Positions 32,462 through 41,376 of a stretch of 64,000 nt of DNA are shown here, one piece after another. The stretch lies in assembly GCA_963668645.2 (NCBI GenBank), contig CAXXWC010000003.1:416001-480000 (forward strand), given 5' to 3'. The stretch comes from Desulfobacterales bacterium (GTDB lineage Bacteria > Desulfobacterota > Desulfobacteria > Desulfobacterales > UBA2174). The notes under the pieces were generated by a model. That model was not told where the DNA came from. It saw only the letters and a list, made by a program, of their open reading frames with translations, and ran no database searches. Position 1 is the stretch's first letter. Every line of letters begins with the position of its first letter. Position numbers and translations under genes: made by a program.

Positions 32462-33601
32462 TTAGGGCTGGCCGACGCGGCACATGCTGTAGGTATCCGC
32501 GCCGGTGACCACCCGCAGGTAGCCGTGCAGCTGCTGGTCCAGGAGCGCATCGCCGGTATCCACCACCAGGGGCCGGCCCATCAGGGCCTGAAGTTTGCTC
32601 TGGGTGGCGACGACGATGATGTTCTCTCGGCCCGCGGCCCGGATGACGGATGGACTGATCTGCTGGTTGCCGCGCCCGAACAGATACCCCTGGCCGCCGA
32701 TGATGGTCACGACGATCTTGACCGCGTGCTTGCCGACCCACTCCAACAGGGTGCGTTCATCAGCGTCCTTGGCCACCAGGCGGCCCTGCCAAACGACATC
32801 CACACCCAGAAGGGTGCCATCGATTCCGGCCTGACGCTTGATGGCATGGGTTGTGGTGCCGGGGCCGATCAGATAGACCCAGGCCGGATCCTGCAGCTGC
32901 CCCGCGACGACATGGGCGATTTGCGCCAGCTGTTCGGCTTCGGAGGCGCCTCCGGCCATCTTGGCGCCCTGGATGAATTGAGCCAGATCGGGCACCTGCA
33001 AACAGCCATAAAGACGGGCGCGCACTTCTCCGCGCCGGAAGGCGTCCTCGTCGATGTCCATCACCTCGGCCTGGCGACACAGGAAACGGTGCTGCTCCAG
33101 GAAAGCCCTGGCGGCCATGCCGGCGTGTTTCGGTGTAAGGCCGAAAACGGCTGAATGGATCTTAACGCCGGCCGGCACGCCGAGCACCGGCAGCCGTTCT
33201 CCCAGCGCCGCACAAACATTGCGCGCCGTCCCGTCACCACCGGCAAAAAGGAGCAGATCCACCTGCCGGCTTTCCATCCAGCGTGCCGCGGCCTCGGTAT
33301 CGGCCCCGCTGGTGTCGCCGTCAGCCGGTGCCCCCCCGACCTCGGGTGTAAATCCCGCCTGACGGCAGACGGTTTCACCCATCGGTCCGGCCCAGGTCAA
33401 AACATCGAGACGGCTTGCCAGGGGCGTCAATACGGCCAGGGCCTCCTGCGCACGCAAGGGGGCTTCGGACAGGCCCCCTCTTTGCCGGGCCAGCTGCAGC
33501 ATCTCGGCGCCATCGCTGCCTTTTAGCCCGAGGCGGCCGCCGATACCGGCGATGGGGTTGACGATGACCCCCAGTTTGCGTTTTGGCCTCTGTGTTTGCA
33601 T
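32462..33601 (-). CDS. ATP-NAD kinase / AcoX-like family protein
   Basis: IVNPIAGIGG..GLKGSDG, FAGGDGTAR, GVPAGVKIHS, GTLLGVD, IGGQG..FGRGNQQ. Confidence 0.88.
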   Translation of the reverse strand: MQTQRPKRKLGVIVNPIAGIGGRLGLKGSDGAEMLQLARQRGGLSEAPLRAQEALAVLTPLASRLDVLTWAGPMGETVCRQAGFTPEVGGAPADGDTSGADTEAAARWMESRQVDLLLFAGGDGTARNVCAALGERLPVLGVPAGVKIHSAVFGLTPKHAGMAARAFLEQHRFLCRQAEVMDIDEDAFRRGEVRARLYGCLQVPDLAQFIQGAKMAGGASEAEQLAQIAHVVAGQLQDPAWVYLIGPGTTTHAIKRQAGIDGTLLGVDVVWQGRLVAKDADERTLLEWVGKHAVKIVVTIIGGQGYLFGRGNQQISPSVIRAAGRENIIVVATQSKLQALMGRPLVVDTGDALLDQQLHGYLRVVTGADTYSMCRVGQP

Positions 33602-33617
33602 AGCCGGCCGGCCGTCT

Positions 33618-35195
33618 TTATTCCTTGTCCGTAATTATGGACAGGCCCTTTTTGAGGTACTGCCGCCACGTGACGGCGATGCGCACCGGATCGTCGATGA
33701 ACTGGTCCGGCACCCGGTGGATCGGTGCCCGGTAAGGTGCGTTCTTGACGAATTCGGGATCGTCGTAGGCCTCCTTGGCGATCTGGTGCAGCACGGCGAC
33801 GTACTCGTCCATATCGTCCCGGGAGTAGGACTCGCACGGTTCCAGGGTGAACGGCTCGGGCACCACCCAGGGGTGATGGCTGGTCCAGTAGTGCTGCAGC
33901 CCGAAATCGGCGATGCGCCGCTTGACGTCCTCGGTGCCCACGCCGGTCTCCTCGCGCAGCTTTTCCCAGGAAAAACGCACCTGCTCCAGACGCCGCTGGC
34001 CGCTGGCATAGTGCAGCGTCACCCCGGGGATCTTGCGCACCTCGGCTTCCAGGTAGTTGCTGTTGAGCACCGAGCAGATCGCCGCTTCCCGCAACCCCTC
34101 GAAACCGTGTTGCAGGATCCAGGCATAGGCCTTGAGCGCCACGGGAACGTTGCCCAGAAAAGAACGGACCCGCCCGATGCTCTGGGGCCGGTCGTAATCC
34201 AGATGATAGCGCTGCCCGTCGTAGACGATGCGCGGGACCGGCAGGAAAGGCTCAAGCGCCGCGGTTGCACCCAAAGCCCCCAGAGCCGGCCCCATGCAGC
34301 CATGGGGAGCGGAAAAGGTCTTATGCAGATTGAAATGGCAAAGATCGAAACCGGACTCGCGGGCCCTGGCGATGCCCAGCACCGCATTGGCATTGGCCTG
34401 ATCGTAAGCGCAAAGGCCGCCGACTCCGTGCACGGCCTGCACGTAGGCATCGATATTGGGGTTGTAGATGCCGGTATCTTCCGGATTGGTGATGAAGAGC
34501 CCGGCCGTGCGTTCCGAGACGGCCGCCCGCAACGCCGCCAGGTCAGGCAGTCCGTTTTCATCGGGCATCAGGGTGATCACCTTATACCCTGCGGTGGCCG
34601 GCGCAGCCGCGTTGGCCGGATGCGAGAAGATGGTGGTAACGATTTCGTCGCGATGGGTTTCGCCGCGGGCCCTGTGGTAGGCGCGCATGATGGCGGCATT
34701 GGTGAAAATGGCGTGGGCCCCGCCCCCCGGCTGGAAACAGAAGTGGTCCAGCCCCGATATCTCGCGCAAAAAACGTTCCAACTGGTGGAGGATCTCAAGG
34801 ATGCCTTGAATCGTTTCGGCCGGCTGCAAGGGGTGGACTTCGGTCAGCCCCGGATGCCTTGCGGCCACGTGCTCCTGGACCTTGGGACTGTACTTCATGG
34901 TACAGGTGGCCATGGATATGTCCGGGGTCACGTCGACGCCCAGGGTCTCCTGGCTCAAACGCGCGTAATGGCGCACGATGCGCGGCTGGCTCACCTCGGG
35001 CAGGGCCGGCGGTGCCTGGCGCCGTAAGGAGGCCGGGATCAGCGACACCCCGTCGCCCACCGCCGCAGCCACCTCCGGTTCGGCCCGGGGTACCAGGACC
35101 CCGCGCTGGCCGGACTCGCTCAGCTCGTAGATGATCTCCTCGTCCCAGCGGGCCTGGTGGAATCGACGCAGTTTGTCCGAACGCCGTCTCGCCAT
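33618..35195 (-). CDS. gcvPB: Glycine-cleavage P-protein subunit 2-like PLP enzyme (divergent)
   Basis: LPEVSQ..IVRHYARLS, TCTMKYSP, HP.NAA, ITNP..G, HFNLHKTF (PLP lysine), EPCES. Confidence 0.88.
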   Translation of the reverse strand: MARRRSDKLRRFHQARWDEEIIYELSESGQRGVLVPRAEPEVAAAVGDGVSLIPASLRRQAPPALPEVSQPRIVRHYARLSQETLGVDVTPDISMATCTMKYSPKVQEHVAARHPGLTEVHPLQPAETIQGILEILHQLERFLREISGLDHFCFQPGGGAHAIFTNAAIMRAYHRARGETHRDEIVTTIFSHPANAAAPATAGYKVITLMPDENGLPDLAALRAAVSERTAGLFITNPEDTGIYNPNIDAYVQAVHGVGGLCAYDQANANAVLGIARARESGFDLCHFNLHKTFSAPHGCMGPALGALGATAALEPFLPVPRIVYDGQRYHLDYDRPQSIGRVRSFLGNVPVALKAYAWILQHGFEGLREAAICSVLNSNYLEAEVRKIPGVTLHYASGQRRLEQVRFSWEKLREETGVGTEDVKRRIADFGLQHYWTSHHPWVVPEPFTLEPCESYSRDDMDEYVAVLHQIAKEAYDDPEFVKNAPYRAPIHRVPDQFIDDPVRIAVTWRQYLKKGLSIITDKE

Positions 35196-35208
35196 TCCGG
35201 TGACCTCC

Positions 35209-36627
35209 TTAAACGTCCGTCCGTGAAGCCAGAATCGTCGTCAATGCGTCGACCAGGGTGTCGATGTCCGCCTTGCGCATCACCTCGGTCACGCAGTAAA
35301 GGGCGCTATTGCCCAGCCAGGGAAAATCGGCGCACAGATCGATGCCGCCGAAGATACCCCGCTCCAGCAAGGCGGCGTTGATCTCCGCCACGCGCTGCCC
35401 GGTATCGTCGAAGTTGACGACGAACTCCTTGAAGTAAGGACCCGCCAGTCCCGCACGCACACCAGGCAAAAGCGCCAGCCGGCCGGCGGCGTACTGGGCC
35501 ATCTGCATGATGGTCTGCCCCACCTCGACCATTCCGGACGGTCCGAGAAGGGCCAGGTAGGCACCGGCCGTGATGGACCACAAGGCGTTGGAGGTTCCGC
35601 TGAACTCCTTGGCCTTTTCCCGCGATCCGAAAGACGTCCGGCCGAACAGGACGTTGGCGAAGCCGAACTCGCCCGGTTTGACCGTGGGCGCCAGTCCGTA
35701 CATCTTGTCCTTGAACTCGGCCACATAGCGCATGTCGTCGTGAGTGGCGATAAAGCCGGCCTGGCCGCCGCCGCACTGCATGTGCAGTCCCAGCGGGTGG
35801 TAGTCGCCGCAGGCGATGGTGGCGCCGTAGGCGGCTGGCGGGGCCAGAACGCCAAGGGCGATGGGATCGGTGGCCACCACGAACTCAGCCCCGTGGCGCC
35901 GGGCCAGACGACCGATCTGCTCCACCCCGGTTTCGATAAAACCGAGGTAGGCCGGATTCTCGACCAGCACGGCGGCCACATCCTCGCCCAGCCGGGCCTC
36001 GATGTCAGCCAGATCCATACACCCGGTGGCCGGATCGAAGGCCACAGGTTCCACCACCACCTGGGCCGTGTCCACCCCGGCAAGGTAGTTGTCGACCACC
36101 ATGCGTGTCTGCGGGGCCAGGGTGGTGGGAACCAGAACGCGCCGCCGCCCGGTCATGCGCGCGGCCATGCGCAAAGAGGTGGCCACGGCCTGGGTCCCGT
36201 CGTACAGAAACCCGTTGACCACATCCATATCGAGCAGCTCGGCCATGTGGCTGCAATACTCGAACAAGGCCTGCCATTTGCCGTGATCCGCGTAAAACTC
36301 GGCCGCATAAGCGGTGAGAAATTCCCCCCGGCCGTTGACTTCGTCACAAACGGCCGGAACGAAGTGCTGGGCGCACCCGCCCCCCATGAAATTGAGGGTT
36401 CGGCCGCAGTGGCGATTACGCTCCAACAGGCCTTCCAGATGGCGGCGCAGCGAATATTCGTCTGCCACCGGCTCGGGCAGATCCATGCGGCCCCGGAACT
36501 TGAGCCGGTCGGGAATTTCGCTGAAAAGCTGATCGGTGTTATCGAGGCCGAGCATGGCGAGCATTTCGGCCTTCACCCGGGGGACGGCGTTGGGGATATA
36601 GGGATAATCCTTGAATTCGGTGGGCAT
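35209..36627 (-). CDS. gcvPA: Glycine-cleavage P-protein subunit 1-like (divergent)
   Basis: YPYIPN, EFLTAY, QALFEY, YDG, REKA, CVTE; ATG 36627 after GGAGA, downstream of the predicted promoter. Confidence 0.88.
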   Translation of the reverse strand: MPTEFKDYPYIPNAVPRVKAEMLAMLGLDNTDQLFSEIPDRLKFRGRMDLPEPVADEYSLRRHLEGLLERNRHCGRTLNFMGGGCAQHFVPAVCDEVNGRGEFLTAYAAEFYADHGKWQALFEYCSHMAELLDMDVVNGFLYDGTQAVATSLRMAARMTGRRRVLVPTTLAPQTRMVVDNYLAGVDTAQVVVEPVAFDPATGCMDLADIEARLGEDVAAVLVENPAYLGFIETGVEQIGRLARRHGAEFVVATDPIALGVLAPPAAYGATIACGDYHPLGLHMQCGGGQAGFIATHDDMRYVAEFKDKMYGLAPTVKPGEFGFANVLFGRTSFGSREKAKEFSGTSNALWSITAGAYLALLGPSGMVEVGQTIMQMAQYAAGRLALLPGVRAGLAGPYFKEFVVNFDDTGQRVAEINAALLERGIFGGIDLCADFPWLGNSALYCVTEVMRKADIDTLVDALTTILASRTDV

Positions 36628-36703
36628 CCAGGTCTCCGTATGACTTGCCGGGGTATCAGGAATCGCCAAGGGTGCGTTCAATGTCACAGATTCAGAGCAA
36701 TAT

Positions 36704-36719
36704 GCTTTAACGTTTAAGC
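36704..36719. promoter_or_regulatory. Candidate LacI-family operator O1
   Basis: GCTTTAACGTTTAAGC: 14/16 self-complementary with central CG, just downstream of the gcvPA-like promoter. Confidence 0.8.
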
Positions 36720-36731
36720 GCTTTTGACTGA

Positions 36732-36760
36732 AAGCTACTAATAATGAAAAAAAATGTCAA
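36732..36760 (-). promoter_or_regulatory. Sigma70-type promoter of the gcvP-like operon
   Basis: Minus strand TTGACA (36760-36755)-N17-TAGCTT (36737-36732), with AT-rich upstream sequence. Confidence 0.75.
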
Positions 36761-36868
36761 CTATTTTTTTATTGTATATTTATAAGTAGTTATACATCAA
36801 GTCGACCATATCCGCTCAGTCCGCGAACACTTTCCACCAGGGCCGGCTCCGAAAAGGACCGAAAATTC

Positions 36869-36897
36869 TTGACCTGTTACGCTTTAACGTTTAGCCT
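36869..36897 (+). promoter_or_regulatory. Promoter of the LacI gene overlapping operator O2
   Basis: TTGACC (36869-36874)-N17-TAGCCT (36892-36897); GCTTTAACGTTTA at 36881-36893 is identical to 13 bp of O1. Confidence 0.72.
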
Positions 36898-36960
36898 TGT
36901 TGTCAACGCCTGTGACAATCGATAGCAGAACAGTACCCGGCCCTGCCCGGGCCAACGCCT

Positions 36961-38016
36961 ATGAAAAAACAACGCGTCACCATAAAGGACATCGCCCGGC
37001 TGGCCAACGTCACTCCCGCCACGGTATCGATGGCCCTCAACAATCGCCCCCGCATAGGGGCCGAAACCCGCCAGCGCATCCACGCCATCGCCCGTGAGCT
37101 CGGCTACCAGCCGGACTTCATCGCCCGCAGCCTGCGGCATCGCCATACCAACACCATCGGCCTGATGATCAAGAACATCGCCGATCCCTTTTACCCCCAG
37201 ATCGCCTGGGGCATCGGCCAAGCGGCCCAGGCACGCGGCTACAACCTCATCCTTTGCAACGTGGGCGACAACATGGTGGACAAGGCCACCACGCTGCAGA
37301 TCCTGCGCGGCCGCAGCGTGGACGGAATCGTCTCGACGGTCATCCTGGACCAGGATCCTTACCTGGAGACCGTGGTTGCCGAACGCCTGCCCTTCGTCGC
37401 CGTTGTTCGAACCCTCAGATCCTCGCCTCTGGCGGAGATGATCGACTCGGTGACCCTTGACAATTACACGGGCGGCTATCAGGCCATCGAACACCTCTAC
37501 CGCCTGGGCCACGATCGGATCGCCCTGATCGCCGGCAGCCTGGAGGCGTCCACCGCCGCCGACCGCACCCGCGGCGCTCAGCAGGCGCTTAAGGACTTGG
37601 GCATCGAAATGCCGTCCGGGCTGCTGGTCGATTGCCGCTTTTCCAGGGAACGGGCCACGGAGGCGGCCCACCGGCTCATGGAGCGGAAAGAACCGCCGAC
37701 GGCTATCTTTGCCCAGGACGACAACATGGCCTTTGGCGTGCGCGAAGCCGTGTTCGCGCGCGGACTGCGAATTCCCGAGGATGTGGCCCTGGTCGGCTTT
37801 GACGATGTCGATGTCGCCGGCCTGGCCGGCATTGATTTGACCACCATCAACCAGAAGATTTACGAGATGGGGGCGTTGGGGGTGAATGTGCTGCTGGATA
37901 AAATAGAAGGAAGAGGACCGCCGAGGGTTCAGAAGATCGTGTTGGAAAGCACGCTGATCATACGCAAATCATGCGGCTACCAGCAGAAGGGGTACGTGCG
38001 CGACAGCCCCCGGTGA
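36961..38016 (+). CDS. LacI-family transcriptional regulator
   Basis: TIKDIARLANVTPATVSMALN, LGYQPDFIARSL, IPEDVALVGFDD. Confidence 0.97.
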   Translation: MKKQRVTIKDIARLANVTPATVSMALNNRPRIGAETRQRIHAIARELGYQPDFIARSLRHRHTNTIGLMIKNIADPFYPQIAWGIGQAAQARGYNLILCNVGDNMVDKATTLQILRGRSVDGIVSTVILDQDPYLETVVAERLPFVAVVRTLRSSPLAEMIDSVTLDNYTGGYQAIEHLYRLGHDRIALIAGSLEASTAADRTRGAQQALKDLGIEMPSGLLVDCRFSRERATEAAHRLMERKEPPTAIFAQDDNMAFGVREAVFARGLRIPEDVALVGFDDVDVAGLAGIDLTTINQKIYEMGALGVNVLLDKIEGRGPPRVQKIVLESTLIIRKSCGYQQKGYVRDSPR

Positions 38017-38055
38017 ACCTTTTTCCCGTCCGGCTATAAAAACGGTCCACCGGGG
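38008..38055. terminator. Imperfect hairpin between the convergent lacI-like gene and hemB
   Basis: CCCCGGTGAACC-TTTTT...AAAAA-CGGTCCACCGGGG. Confidence 0.5.
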
Positions 38056-38073
38056 TGCGTGCAGGCAACAACG

Positions 38074-39102
<1,029 letters not shown>

Positions 39103-39288
39103 TGATAGATTCCTCGCTGATCGATCCGGAAGCGGCCGGAATTTTCATCTTGGTTCATGCAGAAAAATCAAGCGTCCACATCGAAGCCGCCCCGGGCCCG
39201 ATGCAAGCTGATACTTAGAGCAAGGGGGGCTGACTTTGTCAAGGAGAATTTAACCCCTCGATTCTCGCGGGGATGTTACATCCAGGGG

Positions 39289-39317
39289 TGGACAGCTCGG
39301 GGCGGCTGTATTAGGTT
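39289..39317 (+). promoter_or_regulatory. Candidate promoter of ahbD
   Basis: TGGACA-N17-TAGGTT about 70 nt before the ATG. Confidence 0.45.
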
Positions 39318-39385
39318 TTGGGCGAAGATTGACCGCCGCGGCATGCGCCGCGAGCGGGGTATCGAACCCGGAGAAAAACGCCGCC

Positions 39386-40462
39386 ATGACTGACCAGCCC
39401 CGCCCCAGCCAAGCGATCCCGCCTCTGCGATTGGTCGCATGGGAGACCACCCGCAACTGCAACCTGAATTGCGTCCATTGCCGGGCCGCGGCCACCTGCG
39501 GACCGTACCGTGACGAACTGGACACCACTGCAGCGCTGGCGCTGATGGATCAGATCGCCGCCGTAGGTCAACCGATCGTCATCTTGACCGGGGGTGAACC
39601 GCTGTTGCGGGCCGATATCTTTCAGATCGCCCGCTACGGCAGTCAAAAAGGGCTGCGCATGGTCATGGCCCCCAACGGGACGCTGATCGATGCCGACAAC
39701 GTCCGGCGCATGGTCGAGGCGGGAATTCAACGCATCAGCATCAGCCTGGACGGGGCGGATGCGGCCAGCCACGACAAGTTCCGGGGGGTTACGGGAGCCT
39801 TCGAGGCAGCCCTTCGGGGAATCGGCCATGCCCGCGACGCCGGGCTGGAATTTCAGATCAACACCACCGTAACCCAGTCCAACCTGAACCAGATTCCCCG
39901 CATCCAAGCCCTGGCCATCCAACTCGGGGCTGTGGCCCACCACATCTTTCTGCTGGTTCCCACCGGCAGGGGCAAGTACATCCTCGATCAGGCCATCGAC
40001 GCCGGCCAGTACGAGGAAACCCTCAACTGGTTTTACGAGCAGCGCGGCAAGAGCCCCTTGCAGCTCAAAGCCACCTGCGCCCCCCACTACTACCGCATCC
40101 TGCGCCAGCGGGCCCGGGCCGAAGGGATCGACGTCACTTTCGAAAACCACGGTCTGGATGCTGTGACGCGCGGCTGTCTGGCCGGCACGGGATTCTGCTT
40201 CATCTCCAACCAGGGGGTCGTGCAGCCCTGCGGCTTTCTGGCCCTGGACTGCGGCAAAGTCACCGAAACCCCTTTCAGCAAAATCTGGCGCGACTCTGAA
40301 ATCTTCACCGCCTTGCGCGATCCGGGACGCCTTGAAGGCAAGTGCGGCCGGTGCGAGTACAAGCGGGTCTGCGGCGGGTGCCGTGCCCGTGCTCACGAGG
40401 CCAGTGGCAACTATCTGGCCGAAGAGCCGTTGTGCAGTTATCAACCCGCGCTGCACCAGTAG
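39386..40462 (+). CDS. ahbD: Radical SAM/SPASM haem b synthase
   Basis: LRLVAWETTRNCNLNCVHCRA, TCAPHYYRI, RGCLAGTGFCF, CGRCEY..VCGGCRARA. Confidence 0.92.
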   Translation: MTDQPRPSQAIPPLRLVAWETTRNCNLNCVHCRAAATCGPYRDELDTTAALALMDQIAAVGQPIVILTGGEPLLRADIFQIARYGSQKGLRMVMAPNGTLIDADNVRRMVEAGIQRISISLDGADAASHDKFRGVTGAFEAALRGIGHARDAGLEFQINTTVTQSNLNQIPRIQALAIQLGAVAHHIFLLVPTGRGKYILDQAIDAGQYEETLNWFYEQRGKSPLQLKATCAPHYYRILRQRARAEGIDVTFENHGLDAVTRGCLAGTGFCFISNQGVVQPCGFLALDCGKVTETPFSKIWRDSEIFTALRDPGRLEGKCGRCEYKRVCGGCRARAHEASGNYLAEEPLCSYQPALHQ

Positions 40463-40668
40463 AAATCGCGATCTTGTCCTGATCGCCCCCTATCCTTTCT
40501 TCAGTCCTCCTGCCCAATTCGAAGTCCAGCGCTTGCTGCCCAGCTGGGGCCATCGGACAGATCCCGGGCTCACCGGGCGTTGCGGCTTAGCGCTTGCATC
40601 GTTTGTCGAACAAAGCTAAAAAGAGATCGATAGTAGCCATTGCAAAACCTACCGCCAAGAGGTGGATA

Positions 40669-41277
40669 ATGAAGATCAGCGCCCTGATGATTCCCGATCC
40701 TATCACCATTGGGGAAAACGCCTCGATCCAGGATGCCATCGAACGGATGAAGATCAATTCGATCCGGCACCTGCCGGTGGTCGACGCCCAAAAACGCCTG
40801 CGGGGATTGGTGACCCTGGCCGACCTGAAACAGGGGCTGATCCCCTCGATGGTGGCGAATCTGAGCCTGGTGGATTTGATGATCCGTGATCCGCTGAACG
40901 TTTCACCGGACGACGACGTGGAACTGGCGGCCCAGATCATCTACAAGCACAAAATCAGCGGGATGCCGGTGATCAAGGCCGGCAGGCTGGTGGGCATCAT
41001 CACCGAATCGGACATCCTGCGCGCCTTTATCGACATGATGGGCATCCTCACGTCCAGTTCGCGCCTGGATGTGGCCATGGACGACTCGCCCGAAGCTTTT
41101 CACAAGGTACTGCAGCGGATCAACGCCCATGGCGGAGATGTGATCAACGTCGGCCTGGTGCCCCGGGCCGGCGGCAAAAAGCGGGTCTACTATTTCCGTC
41201 TTTCGACCTGCAAAACCGCTCCCATCCGCAAGGCCCTGGAAAAGGAGGGCTACCAGGTCCTTGAAGCGATGGACTAG
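40669..41277 (+). CDS. CBS-pair plus ACT domain protein (AcuB-like)
   Basis: IRHLPVVD...LRGLVT..DL, KISGMPV...LVGIITESDI, C-terminal ACT-like segment ending LEKEGYQV; ATG 40669 after GAGG. Confidence 0.88.
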   Translation: MKISALMIPDPITIGENASIQDAIERMKINSIRHLPVVDAQKRLRGLVTLADLKQGLIPSMVANLSLVDLMIRDPLNVSPDDDVELAAQIIYKHKISGMPVIKAGRLVGIITESDILRAFIDMMGILTSSSRLDVAMDDSPEAFHKVLQRINAHGGDVINVGLVPRAGGKKRVYYFRLSTCKTAPIRKALEKEGYQVLEAMD

Positions 41278-41376
41278 CGCCGCGACTCAGCGATTCAGCA
41301 ATAAAGTCGAAGAAATAACATCCGGGCAGCGCCGGATGCCATCAGCGACCTCTCGGGTTTACGCTTTCCAAATTCA

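Noticed and set aside
32299..32550. N-terminal extension of the M20 ORF to 32550 (and similar extensions for rpsB, adk, SDR and both LivH genes)
   Set aside because: The extensions overlap upstream genes or lack family similarity, and most of the downstream ATGs chosen have clear RBSs.
33618..36627. Ordinary glycine cleavage operon with a glycine riboswitch
   Set aside because: No gcvT or gcvH, altered catalytic-region motifs, and a short leader carrying a LacI-type operator rather than riboswitch aptamers.
16086..38070. tRNA-Arg as the integration site for the catabolic island
   Set aside because: Housekeeping-type genes lie between the tRNA and the island, and I found no duplicated tRNA 3' end, integrase or transposase.
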